Source: an uncultured delta proteobacterium
GTDB lineage: Bacteria; Myxococcota_A; Polyangia; Haliangiales; Haliangiaceae
DNA: 64,000 bases
Direction: 5' to 3'
NCBI GenBank assembly: GCA_963848295.1
Contig: CAWKDB010000002.1
Span: 480,001-544,000, forward strand
The position numbers were made by a program, and so were the translations under genes. This document shows positions 36,588-46,229 of this stretch, piece after piece. The notes beneath the pieces were generated by a model. That model was given only the letters and a program-made list of their open reading frames with translations. It did no database searches and was not told where the DNA came from. How positions within the stretch are numbered: position 1 is the stretch's first letter; each line of letters opens with the position of its first letter.

Positions 36588-37828
36588 AGCCCGGTGCGCT
36601 CGTTCGGCGGCTTGCCGAGCGCGAACCCTTCGTGCAACGCGCGCAACGCGAGCTCGGCGTACTTGCGCGCGATCACGCACGAGATCTTGATCTCGCTGGT
36701 CGAGATCAGCTGGATGTTGATGTTCTCGGCCGCGAGCAGCTCGAACATCGTCTTCGCGACGCCCGCATGCGAGCGCATCCCGACGCCGACGACCGAGACC
36801 TTGCAGATGTCGTCGTCGAAGCTGATCCGGTCACCGCCGACGCCGACCAGATCCGGGACCTTGGTCGCGAGCAGCTCGACCGCCCGCTTGCGGTCGCTCT
36901 TCGGCACGGTGAACGTGAGGTCGGTCGTCCCGTCGTAGGCCTGGTTCTGGACGATCATGTCGACCGTGATGCTCGCGTCGGCGAGCGGCGCGAACAGCTT
37001 CGCCGCGACGCCGGACGTGTCGGGCAGGTCCTTGACGGTGATCTTCGCTTCGTCGCGTGACGCGGTGACACCGGATACGACGACTCTCTCCATCGCAGCC
37101 TCCTCGGGGACGACCCACGTGCCGGGGACATCTGAAAAGCTCGAACGGACGTGGATCGGCACGGCGTACTTCATGCCGAGCTCGACCGAGCGCAGCTGGA
37201 GCACCTTCGCGCCGAGCGACGCGAGCTCGAGCATCTCCTCGTAGCTGATCCGATCGATCTTGCGCGCGGTCGGCACGATGTTCGGATCGGTCGTGTAGAC
37301 ACCGTCGACGTCGGTGTAGATCTCGCAGACATCGGCGGCGAGCGCCGCCGCGATCGCGACGCCGGTGGTATCGCTGCCGCCGCGGCCGAGCGTCGTGATG
37401 TTGCCCTTGTCGTCGACGCCCTGAAAGCCCGCGATCACCGCGATCTCGCCGGCGGCGACCGCGTCCTTGATCGGCTGGCTGTCGATCGACACGATGCGCG
37501 CGCGAGAGAACGCCGAGTCCGTCACGATCTTGCATTGATGGCCGAGGAACGACCGCGCCTTGCCGCCGGCGGCGCGGATCGCGAGCGCGACGAGGCCGAC
37601 CGAGACCTGCTCCCCGGTCGCGATGATCACGTCGACCTCGCGATCGTTCGGATCGTCGTGGAGCTGGCGCGTGAGCTCGAGCAAGCGGTTGGTCTCGCCC
37701 GACATCGCCGACACGACGACCGCGACCTGATGACCTTGGCGCTGGGTCGCTAGGCAACGCTCGGCGACGTGCTTCATCCGGTCGATCGTCCCGACCGAGG
37801 TCCCGCCGAACTTCTGGACGATCAGCAC
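36584..37828 (-). CDS. lysC: Aspartate kinase (two ACT domains)
   Basis: [47 protein letters not shown]. Confidence 0.96.
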   Translation of the reverse strand: MLIVQKFGGTSVGTIDRMKHVAERCLATQRQGHQVAVVVSAMSGETNRLLELTRQLHDDPNDREVDVIIATGEQVSVGLVALAIRAAGGKARSFLGHQCKIVTDSAFSRARIVSIDSQPIKDAVAAGEIAVIAGFQGVDDKGNITTLGRGGSDTTGVAIAAALAADVCEIYTDVDGVYTTDPNIVPTARKIDRISYEEMLELASLGAKVLQLRSVELGMKYAVPIHVRSSFSDVPGTWVVPEEAAMERVVVSGVTASRDEAKITVKDLPDTSGVAAKLFAPLADASITVDMIVQNQAYDGTTDLTFTVPKSDRKRAVELLATKVPDLVGVGGDRISFDDDICKVSVVGVGMRSHAGVAKTMFELLAAENINIQLISTSEIKISCVIARKYAELALRALHEGFALGKPPNERTGL

Positions 37829-37837
37829 GGGTCGACG

Positions 37838-39841
37838 TTAATACGCCGCCGCCGCCGCGTCAGGGTTCGCCGCCGAGATCAGCGTCCAGGTCTGATCCGC
37901 GGGCGGCCGGCCGACGACATGCGAGGTCTGTGCGCCGGTCTCGACCGGATTGCAGAACACGTCCTCGATCAGCGCGCCCGACGCGAGGTCGCGACACAGC
38001 TGGCGACAATCGTCGCTCGTCACCGCGCCCGCGGCGGCGGTCAGGCAGCGCGCACCGATCGTACGGAGCTGACCGGTGCCGAACAGGAACAGCGTCGCGG
38101 GTGCGATCGGAGCCTCGTCGCACGGCGCGAGCGCGACCGCATCGGCGGGCAACGACGTCGCGTGCGTCGCGCCGAGCCCCGGGTTCAGCGTGTGACCGTT
38201 GCCATCCGCGACCCGAACGCACGTACTGGTGCCGGCGAGCTCGAGCTGGTTCGTCGTCGTGAGCTGCCAGCTCGGCGCGGTCGCGCACGAGGCGATCGCG
38301 AGCGCGCCGGCGGTCGCGGCCAGGCACGTGTCGTCGCCGGCGCCGCCGAGCTGGATCCGCCCGGTCAACGCGGTCGTCGTCACGACGCTGCGCTGGGCAT
38401 AGCTGCGCTCCGCCCACGAGGTGTCGTAGTTCCACTCGTCGAACACCGGGGCGTCGAGCGTGCTGCCCTTCGCGAGCTGGTCGCGATCGTCGTAGATCCA
38501 GTAGCGCGCGAACGTCTGGCGCTTCTGCTCCTGGCGCGGCGCGGTGAGGTTGACCGGCTCGCGATCGAGCGTATAGCCGCGATAGGTGCGGAGCTGGAGC
38601 GGCGTCGCCATCGTCGCTTGCGCTTCGATCGCGGCGGACAGCGCGAACAGCGCGCCGAAGTAATGGCTCCAGTGCTCGGTGTAGCCATCGACCGCGACGC
38701 AATCGGCGTCCGAGCTGCACGGCAAGGCTGCGCTCGAGTCGCAGGTGCCATGCGCGAGGTTGCAGGTGTCGGCCTTGTAGCTCTGCGGGCCGTCGAGCAC
38801 GTCGAAGTACAGGTTCGTGGCGTCGAGCGTGCTGACCGAGGTCGCGCCGAACCGCTCGATCACCCCGGCGAGCACGCCGACCAGCTCGTCGTGCGCGGTC
38901 GTCGCGTCGGTCGGTGTCTTCGGGCCGATCACTTGCTCGGGAATCGCGCTGCCGAGCGTGCACAGGTCCGCGCCCGCGACCGCTTCGCACTGCGTGCAGC
39001 ACCCAGAAGCGCCTTCGGGAAACGCGCACGGCGTCTCGGCGCCCGACCACGTGCACTGCCGGCTATCCGCCGCGGCGCAGCCGAACGTGTAGCCGTAGTA
39101 GCTCGACCACGCCGGCGGGCCGCGCAGCTCGCAGCCGACGCACGCGCCGTCGCTGTAGCCGCCGCTCGCGCCGACGCCTTGCACCGGCGCGATGCCCTGG
39201 ATGCCGGCGCGCGCCCACTGGAGGTTCGCGTTCGACGAGCCCTGCTCCGGGTGATAGCCGTTGTAGACGCACGACGTGGCGTTCTCCCACATGCACTCGA
39301 TCTCGCCGTCGACGAGCCGGACGAACACGAGCGACAGCTGCGCTCCGCCGACCGCGAGCGCGTACTCCGTGAGCTCGATGCCGCCAACGCTGATCGACAC
39401 GTGGCCCGGATCGGACACCAGCGTCCAACCCGGAGGTGCCGCGGCGCCAGCGACGTAGCCGGGCAACGGCGGCTGCCCCGCCATGAACGAGTAGGCGTCG
39501 AGCAGGCCGCGCTCGCGATCGCGCCAGTAGACGTCCGGGTCGTCGTGGGTGAGCCGACCGCACGCGTTGTGGCTCTGGTCGGTCATCACGTCGTTCGCCC
39601 AGTCGTCGCCCGCGGTCAGTACGACGAGCGTGACGTTGTTGCCGACCGCGATGCTGTTCGCGATGTCCGGGTTCATGAACAGCAAGTCGTCGTCGGGATG
39701 CGCGGTGATGTAGACGTCGGAGCAGCGTCCGGGCCCCGGACACGTGAACGGGGAGAGCGCGGGCGCCGCCACGACGATCGCGGCATCCGGCGCCGATGGA
39801 GCGCAGCCGACGATCACCAGGACGCATAGGAGCCGAGACAC
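37838..39841 (-). CDS. Lipoprotein: PIG-L/LmbE-like deacetylase with Cys-rich inserts and C-terminal ricin-B-like lectin
   Basis: VGC lipobox, [22 protein letters not shown]...AY; C-terminal CL...C...W repeats ending DQTW. Confidence 0.7.
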   Translation of the reverse strand: MSRLLCVLVIVGCAPSAPDAAIVVAAPALSPFTCPGPGRCSDVYITAHPDDDLLFMNPDIANSIAVGNNVTLVVLTAGDDWANDVMTDQSHNACGRLTHDDPDVYWRDRERGLLDAYSFMAGQPPLPGYVAGAAAPPGWTLVSDPGHVSISVGGIELTEYALAVGGAQLSLVFVRLVDGEIECMWENATSCVYNGYHPEQGSSNANLQWARAGIQGIAPVQGVGASGGYSDGACVGCELRGPPAWSSYYGYTFGCAAADSRQCTWSGAETPCAFPEGASGCCTQCEAVAGADLCTLGSAIPEQVIGPKTPTDATTAHDELVGVLAGVIERFGATSVSTLDATNLYFDVLDGPQSYKADTCNLAHGTCDSSAALPCSSDADCVAVDGYTEHWSHYFGALFALSAAIEAQATMATPLQLRTYRGYTLDREPVNLTAPRQEQKRQTFARYWIYDDRDQLAKGSTLDAPVFDEWNYDTSWAERSYAQRSVVTTTALTGRIQLGGAGDDTCLAATAGALAIASCATAPSWQLTTTNQLELAGTSTCVRVADGNGHTLNPGLGATHATSLPADAVALAPCDEAPIAPATLFLFGTGQLRTIGARCLTAAAGAVTSDDCRQLCRDLASGALIEDVFCNPVETGAQTSHVVGRPPADQTWTLISAANPDAAAAAY

Positions 39842-39896
39842 GCGCGCCTACCATACAGAAATGGCGGCGCCGATCAGCGGCGTTCTCGGGCTCGGC

Positions 39897-40475
39897 CTAC
39901 GGGCAGTCGGTCGGGCATGTATCGTTCGACTCGTCCGCCTCGCATGTGCCATCGGGCGAGTTGCCGTCGCAGAAGGTGTCGCCGGCGATCTCGCAGTCGA
40001 TGCACGTCGTGATGTCTTCGCCAATATCGCACACGAAGTCCATGTTGCAGGTCCCGGTCATCCCGCCCCCACCTTCGAGGCACGTCGTGCAGCCGTTGAC
40101 GTCGACGCCGGTGCAGACGTTGGTGAACAGGCACTCGACGCAGGCTTCGAGCACGGTCGGATCGGAGCAGTCGAGCGAGCCCGAGCCGCTGCCCGAACCG
40201 GTGCCGCAATCGGCTGGGCAGTTGTTCGAGTCTTCACCCGGGTCGCACGTGCCGTCGCCGCACACCGCCTGAGTGCCGGTTCCCGCGTCGGGCGCCGCGT
40301 GCGTGCCGCAATCTGCCGGGCAGCTGTCGACTTCGCTCGCCGCGCAGATCCCATCGCCGCACGACGGCACGTGGTTCGCGTCCGGGGACGGCGTGCCACT
40401 CGTGTTGCCGAAGCTACACGCCGCGAGTAACACCGATGTAACGAGCGCGAACAGATAGCCCGGTGTGTTCCTCAT
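39897..40475 (-). CDS. Cys-rich repeat lipoprotein
   Basis: LAAC lipobox; repeated CGDGxC...E...CPADC modules. Confidence 0.8.
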   Translation of the reverse strand: MRNTPGYLFALVTSVLLAACSFGNTSGTPSPDANHVPSCGDGICAASEVDSCPADCGTHAAPDAGTGTQAVCGDGTCDPGEDSNNCPADCGTGSGSGSGSLDCSDPTVLEACVECLFTNVCTGVDVNGCTTCLEGGGGMTGTCNMDFVCDIGEDITTCIDCEIAGDTFCDGNSPDGTCEADESNDTCPTDCP

Positions 40476-40525
40476 GGTCGGGCATCCTACTAATCAGCTT
40501 CACTGAATCAACTACAAAATCGCGA

Positions 40526-43123
40526 TCACCCGCTTTCAGAACCGTAAACCGCGGTCGCGAGCCGGCGATCCAGCGCGCGATGCAGCGCGGCATGTTCCGG
40601 TCGGACCAGGTCGGGGTCCGCGACCAGCACCGCGTCGGCGTGGCGTCGGGCCTCGAGCAGCAGCTCGGTGTGCTGCGCGAGGCTGCCAAACCGCAGCCGC
40701 GGCACGCCGGCCTGGCGAGGTCCGAGCAACTCACCCGGACCGCGCAGGGCGAGATCCTGCTCGGCGATCTGAAAGCCATCGGAGGTCGCGACCAGCGCAT
40801 CGAGCCGGAACCGGCCGTCCTCGCTGACCGCGCCCTGCGCGAGCAGCACGCAATGCGCGACCCCGCCGCCGCGCCCGACCCGACCGCGCAGCTGATGGAG
40901 CTGAGCGAGCCCGAACCGCTCCGCATCGTGGACCACCATCACGGTCGCTGCCGGAACGTCGACGCCGACCTCGATCACCGTCGTCGCGACGAGCACGTCG
41001 AGCGCGCCGGCCTTGAACGCGCGCATCGCGCGATCGCGTTCGTCGCCTGCCATCCGGCCATGGACGAGGCCGACCCGAAGCGCAGGCATCGCTTGCGCGA
41101 GCTCGCGCGCGACCGAGGTCGCGTCCTTCCAGTGCTTGCTGTCGGTCTCGCCGGTATCATCGACTTTCGGGCAGACCACATAGGCGCGCTCGCCCGCCGC
41201 GACGCGCTCCGCGATCAGCTTGTACGCCTGCGCTTGGCCGCGCGCGCCGGTGCGCACGTGGGTCTTGGCCGGCTGGCGCCCGGGCGGTAGCTCGTCGACC
41301 ACCGACGCATCGAGATCGCCGAATGCGGTGAGCGCGAGCGTGCGCGGGATCGGCGTCGCGGTCATCACGAGCAAGTGCGGCGCGCCCTGCCCGTCTATTG
41401 ACCCGGGCCGCCCTTCGGCGGCGCTGCCGTCGCGGGGCGAGCCCGCGACGTCGTATTTATCTCTTAGCCTCGTGCGCTGCGCCACGCCGAAGCGATGTTG
41501 CTCGTCGATCACGACGAGCCCGAGCGCGGCGAAGCCGACGCCCTCGGACAGGAGCGCATGGGTCCCGATCAACACATCGAGCTGGCCGGCGGCGAGCAGC
41601 GACAGCATCGACTGGCGGACGGCCTTCGGCGTCGAGCCGGTCAGCACGTCGATCCGCAGCTCCGCGGACTTCGCCCACGCGCGCCAGGTGTCGGCGTGTT
41701 GCTCGGCGAGTAGCTCGGTAGGCGCCATGATCGCGGTCTGGCGGCCGGCGCGCGCGACTTGGAGCGCCGCGGCGAACGCGACCGCGGTCTTGCCCGAGCC
41801 GACGTCGCCTTGCAGCAGGCGATTCATCGGCACTGGCTGATCGAGATCGCCTGCGATCTCGGCGATCACGCGACGCTGCGCGCCGGTCAGCGCGAACGGC
41901 AACGCGCGATCGATCGCGTCGTCGAGCTTTGGCGTGCGCTTGCACGGCACCGCGACATCGGCCTTGCGTGTTCGCCGGCGCAACGCGACCGCGACACCGA
42001 GCGCGAACAGCTCGCCGAACGCGAGCCGGCGCTGCCAGCGACTGTCGCCGCGGTTCATCGCCGCGAGCTCGTCCGCCGCGATATCGGCAGGCGGCGAGTG
42101 GAGGTGCGCGAGCGCCGCACCGAGCGCGGGCAGCCCGGCCGCGCGCTCGACCGCCGCGGGCACGCCATCGTCGGCGAGCGCGCCGATCCGCTCGCACGCG
42201 ACGCGACACGCCGCGCGCAACCGCGACCCCGGTACGCCCGGGATATCGGGATAGCGCGCGAGGATCGCCGGCGCGGGCTTGGCTGCCGCGTCGCTGTCGG
42301 GCACGACGATCGCGAGGATGTCGGGGTTCGCGAATTCCAGCCGGCCGCTGCGCCGCCGCACCGCGCCGCTGAGCGTGACGTCACTGCCCGGCGGCATCCG
42401 CTTGTCGATGCCGGCCCACACGTTGAACCAGCGGACGAGCGCCGAGTCGGTTCGATCGATCGGCTGTCCGGCGGAGCAAGGACGGCCGACTCCCTGCGAC
42501 GAGGTGCCCCCGGCACGGGGCGCGGAGCTCGGCACGTTCGGCGCACCGAGCGCGAACGCGGGTGGCGAGAGATCGACATCGTCGAGCCGGACCTCGGCCC
42601 ACCGCCGGCCGCGCGCGAAGATCATCCGCGCCGACGCGACCTTGCCGCGAAACGTCGCGCGCTGGCCATCTTCGAGCTGGGCGAGCGCGGCGAGCGGCAC
42701 CGCGTCGCGGACGTCGTCGTAGCGGCGCGGCAAGCACCACAGCAGATCTTCGACGGTCTCCAAGCCGCGTTCGGCGAGGTTCGCCGCGAACGCCGGCCCG
42801 ATGCCGGGCAGCGAGTGAGTCGGCGCGGCGAGCGGATCGTCGCTCGCGATAGCGGGCAAAGCCTTCGCGCGTGGAAACCGGGCGAGCAGCCGCATGCCGC
42901 GCGCGACCTCGATCTGCAGCTGCTCGACCGCGAGCCGCTCCCAGTCGGCGAGCTTCTCGCGCCACGCGACGAGCGCATCGGTCGGCGCCTTCGCGATCAC
43001 GCCATCGCACGCGGCGCGCAGCACACGGCCATCGGCGTCGCGGATCCGCGCGAAGCCATTGTCGTACGCCGCCTTCAGCGGCGCGAACAACGCGTCGACG
43101 CGTCGAGCCAGCTCGGCGTCCAT
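40526..43123 (-). CDS. recG: ATP-dependent DNA helicase RecG
   Basis: MNRLLQGDVGSGKT, DEQHRFGV, MTATPIPRTL, QLHQLRGRVGRG, DGFQIAEQDL..RGPGE. Confidence 0.96.
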   Translation of the reverse strand: MDAELARRVDALFAPLKAAYDNGFARIRDADGRVLRAACDGVIAKAPTDALVAWREKLADWERLAVEQLQIEVARGMRLLARFPRAKALPAIASDDPLAAPTHSLPGIGPAFAANLAERGLETVEDLLWCLPRRYDDVRDAVPLAALAQLEDGQRATFRGKVASARMIFARGRRWAEVRLDDVDLSPPAFALGAPNVPSSAPRAGGTSSQGVGRPCSAGQPIDRTDSALVRWFNVWAGIDKRMPPGSDVTLSGAVRRRSGRLEFANPDILAIVVPDSDAAAKPAPAILARYPDIPGVPGSRLRAACRVACERIGALADDGVPAAVERAAGLPALGAALAHLHSPPADIAADELAAMNRGDSRWQRRLAFGELFALGVAVALRRRTRKADVAVPCKRTPKLDDAIDRALPFALTGAQRRVIAEIAGDLDQPVPMNRLLQGDVGSGKTAVAFAAALQVARAGRQTAIMAPTELLAEQHADTWRAWAKSAELRIDVLTGSTPKAVRQSMLSLLAAGQLDVLIGTHALLSEGVGFAALGLVVIDEQHRFGVAQRTRLRDKYDVAGSPRDGSAAEGRPGSIDGQGAPHLLVMTATPIPRTLALTAFGDLDASVVDELPPGRQPAKTHVRTGARGQAQAYKLIAERVAAGERAYVVCPKVDDTGETDSKHWKDATSVARELAQAMPALRVGLVHGRMAGDERDRAMRAFKAGALDVLVATTVIEVGVDVPAATVMVVHDAERFGLAQLHQLRGRVGRGGGVAHCVLLAQGAVSEDGRFRLDALVATSDGFQIAEQDLALRGPGELLGPRQAGVPRLRFGSLAQHTELLLEARRHADAVLVADPDLVRPEHAALHRALDRRLATAVYGSESG

Positions 43124-43208
43124 CGCCAACGTTGTAGCAGGCGCGCCTGACGGTCAGTGGCTGTTCGCGCCGGCGCGATCTCTCAGGCGAGCCCGATCCC
43201 GAGGAGCG

Positions 43209-44093
43209 TCACCACTGGCCCACTTCGGCCATCAACAACACCATCCAGCTGCGCTGGACGTGGCCATCGAAGTACGCCAGCTGTCCTCGAACCTCCGAGC
43301 CGAGCGACCAGTCGTGGCCCTTAAGGATTGGCGCTCCGAGAGCGAGGCTCGCCATCGGCGACAGCGCCGATTGATCGGTCGATTGGGTCGGACTGACCCA
43401 CGTCACGCGATCGCGGTCGTCGACGCCGAGGAGCGCCGTGATGTAGAGCGCGCTCATGTCGTAGAACGGCGCGGGGACCGGGAGGTACCTGACGCCGGAC
43501 GTGGGCTGCGGCCTCGGGTCGGACGGAGTCCACCGAATGCCCGCCCCCAACGCGACGTGATCCTCGGAGGTGTCCGTCGGAAATGGTGAGATGTACGACT
43601 GCGAGAACAGAGAGCTGAGCTCCTCGACGACGTGAAAGCGATGGGCCAGACGCTGGCCGAATTGCAACCTGAAGCTGTAGCCATACGTCGGAGGGACATT
43701 GCCGATTCGACTCACCCCGCCGGTCCCGAACGCGACGTTCAGGAACTTGCGAGCCGCTGTCTCGCGTCGCACGCGCGGCGCGACGACGGTCGGCACGATC
43801 GCCGCGACGACGGGCTCCGATGGCGTGGCGTCGGGTGCTGGTGTCGAGAGTGCTGGTGTCGAGAGTGCTGGTGTCGACGCGTCGGGTGCTGGTGTCGACG
43901 CGCCGGCTGCTGGTGTCGACGCGCCGGCTGCTGGTGTCGACGCGCCGGCTGCTGGTGTCGACGCGCCGGCTGCCGTTGTCGGAGCGTCGGGCGCTGGAGA
44001 CGTGGCGTCAGGCGGCGGCGGGGTCTGCGCGTGCGCAGCGCGCAGCGACAACAATCCGACCGCGATCACCACCACGCCCACGCCCAACTTCAT
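43209..44093 (-). CDS. Secreted protein with Pro/Ala/Thr repeat stalk and probable outer-membrane beta-barrel
   Basis: Signal peptide ending AHA, TPAAGAS repeats, amphipathic strands, terminal W. Confidence 0.6.
   Translation of the reverse strand: MKLGVGVVVIAVGLLSLRAAHAQTPPPPDATSPAPDAPTTAAGASTPAAGASTPAAGASTPAAGASTPAPDASTPALSTPALSTPAPDATPSEPVVAAIVPTVVAPRVRRETAARKFLNVAFGTGGVSRIGNVPPTYGYSFRLQFGQRLAHRFHVVEELSSLFSQSYISPFPTDTSEDHVALGAGIRWTPSDPRPQPTSGVRYLPVPAPFYDMSALYITALLGVDDRDRVTWVSPTQSTDQSALSPMASLALGAPILKGHDWSLGSEVRGQLAYFDGHVQRSWMVLLMAEVGQW
43836..43970. repeat. Coding tandem repeats (21-bp x4 plus related 15/21-bp units)
   Basis: TGCTGGTGTCGACGCGCCGGC perfect x4 at 43887-43970. Confidence 0.9.
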
Positions 44094-44123
44094 CCAGTCA
44101 CGATAACCCGAACGCCACCGCCG

Positions 44124-44152
44124 CGTCAGCGCAGCTCCGCGCTGCGGTGACG
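44124..44152. terminator. Intergenic hairpin downstream of the Gly-rich lipoprotein pair
   Basis: CGTCA-G-CGCAGC / GCTGCG-G-TGACG; no U-tract. Confidence 0.3.
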
Positions 44153-44193
44153 CTCGGCACGGCCGGCGGCAAAGCCGTTCTCGCTCGAACGAC

Positions 44194-46221
44194 TCAGTTG
44201 AACGAGCAATCGACGAGCTGGCCCGCGCTGCCGTCGCCGCCGGGGTTGATGATCGAGTAGCCGCCCGGACCGCCGCCGCCGCCACCGCCACCGGAGATCA
44301 TGTTGACGTCGTGCGTGCAGTAGTTCGGCGTGCCGATGCCCGAGGTGTAGACGCCGAAGCTAGAGCCACCGCAGCCACCGCCACCACCTGCGCCATCGCC
44401 GCCGTTGCCGCCATCGCCGCCGCGACCCGCGACGTCGGTGCAGAACACGACGGGCACGCCGGTCGTTCCGCCCCCCGCGCCGAGCCCACCGGTGCCGCCG
44501 CTGCCCGCGGCGCCACCTGGACCGCCGCCGCCGCCGGTGCCGCGCAACAACTGATTGCCCTGCACGACCGGCGCCGCGGTTCCGACGATGAAGATATCGA
44601 ACGCGCCGCCGCCCGGTCCGGCCGCGCCGCCGCCGGCGCCGCCGCAACCACCCGAGCCGCCGCCGCCGCCGTGTCCGCCGAGCGTGTCCTTGCCGGTGCC
44701 GTCGGTGCAGGTCGTGTGGCCGTGGCCGTCGGATTCGCACTTGCCGCCGCCGCCCGCGCCGCCGCCGCCACCGCCGCCGCCGTTGCCGCCGCTGGTTCCG
44801 GCCGGCGCGGCGCCGCCGACCCAATCGCCGCCGACGATCGAGCCCGACGATGCGGTGCAGCCGGCAACCCCGGCAGCGTGTGCGCCATCTCCCCCGTTAT
44901 TGCCGTCGAGCCCGAACGTCTGGCTCGGCGGGATGTAGCAAATGTAGCCACCGTAGAAGCTCGCGTAGATCTGGATCATGTCGGTGCCGGGAGCCGCGCC
45001 GACACCCGCCGTACCGCCGAGCGCGCCGCCACCGCTCATACCGGTCGCACCGGCGAGAGGGGTGTAGTTGCTCCAGTGGAAGTTCGTCGTCGCGGTCAAG
45101 CAGCCGTAGTTGGGATCGTACGTGTCGCAGTAGCTCATCACCGGGCACTGGTTGCCGCCGCCTTCGCCGCCGGACACGGTGTCCGCGCCGCACGTCTGAA
45201 CGCCGCCGTTCGCGTGTTGGCGATTGTTCGTCGTCGCGCACTCGCCCGTGCCGGTCGCCGCCTCGGCGTCGTAGCTGGCGTCGGCGACCGCGAGGTTCGG
45301 GTTGCGGCCGCTGCCGCCGACTCCGTTCGAGCCGTTGCCGCCGATCGAGCCTTCGACACCGGGACCGCCGACGCCGCCGAACACGATGTTGTTGACGATG
45401 CTCAACGTCGTGCCCGAGCCACTCGCGTAGATCGCGTACGAGTTGCCGCCTGGCTTTTCGTTCGCCGAGCCGTAGATCACGAAACCCTCGAGCTTCGTCG
45501 CCGACGTGATGTTCGACGCGATCACGGTCCGATCGTGATTGCCCGCCGACGACACGCCGGCGATCGTCGTGGTCGTCGCGACGACGTCGCGTTGCCACGT
45601 CATCGGATCGTAGCCGCCGAGCAGATCGATGCCGTTCTGCAACGTGACCGGCTCGTCGTACAGACCGTTCGCGACGAGCACGCGCGCCGCGCCGGCCGAG
45701 GTCGCGCGCGCGAGGCCTTGCGCGATCGACTTGCACGGATGGTTGCCGCTTCCCGTACCGGCCGGGCCGATGCCGCACGTGGCATCGTCGGCCGCCATCG
45801 TGTCGACGGTGGACACGTAGATGCCGGTGAGATCGACCTCGAGCTCGCAGCCGTCCGCGAGATCGCCGTCGAAGTCGAAGAACCCCGGATTGCACGCGAG
45901 CTCGCACGTCGGCGCGCCCGTCGTATTGCACGTGCCGGTCGCGTTCGGCAGGCTGCCGTAGAGTGCGACGCAATTATTCGAGCAGCCGCCGCACGCCATG
46001 TCGGTGTCGTAGACGCCGTTGTGTTGGAACCCATTATCGACGACACCGTCGCAATCGTCGTCGATGCCGTTGCAGATCTCGGTCGTCGGGATGCAACCGT
46101 CGATCAACTCCGCATCGACGGCCGCGTCTGTGCCAGCGTCGGTGGGCCGGCTCGGAGAGGCAGCGCCGCACGCGGTGAGCGCGCAGGCGAAGACCGCGGG
46201 GATGAGCTTGGTGGTTCGCAT
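44194..46221 (-). CDS. Gly-rich, Cys-rich surface lipoprotein (DUF1565-like beta-helix start), paralog 2
   Basis: LTAC lipobox, EICNGIDDDCDG, DFDGDLADGCE, PCKSIAQGL...VANGLYDE, poly-Gly, ends CSFN. Confidence 0.8.
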   Translation of the reverse strand: MRTTKLIPAVFACALTACGAASPSRPTDAGTDAAVDAELIDGCIPTTEICNGIDDDCDGVVDNGFQHNGVYDTDMACGGCSNNCVALYGSLPNATGTCNTTGAPTCELACNPGFFDFDGDLADGCELEVDLTGIYVSTVDTMAADDATCGIGPAGTGSGNHPCKSIAQGLARATSAGAARVLVANGLYDEPVTLQNGIDLLGGYDPMTWQRDVVATTTTIAGVSSAGNHDRTVIASNITSATKLEGFVIYGSANEKPGGNSYAIYASGSGTTLSIVNNIVFGGVGGPGVEGSIGGNGSNGVGGSGRNPNLAVADASYDAEAATGTGECATTNNRQHANGGVQTCGADTVSGGEGGGNQCPVMSYCDTYDPNYGCLTATTNFHWSNYTPLAGATGMSGGGALGGTAGVGAAPGTDMIQIYASFYGGYICYIPPSQTFGLDGNNGGDGAHAAGVAGCTASSGSIVGGDWVGGAAPAGTSGGNGGGGGGGGAGGGGKCESDGHGHTTCTDGTGKDTLGGHGGGGGSGGCGGAGGGAAGPGGGAFDIFIVGTAAPVVQGNQLLRGTGGGGGPGGAAGSGGTGGLGAGGGTTGVPVVFCTDVAGRGGDGGNGGDGAGGGGGCGGSSFGVYTSGIGTPNYCTHDVNMISGGGGGGGGPGGYSIINPGGDGSAGQLVDCSFN

Positions 46222-46229
46222 GATCGTCT

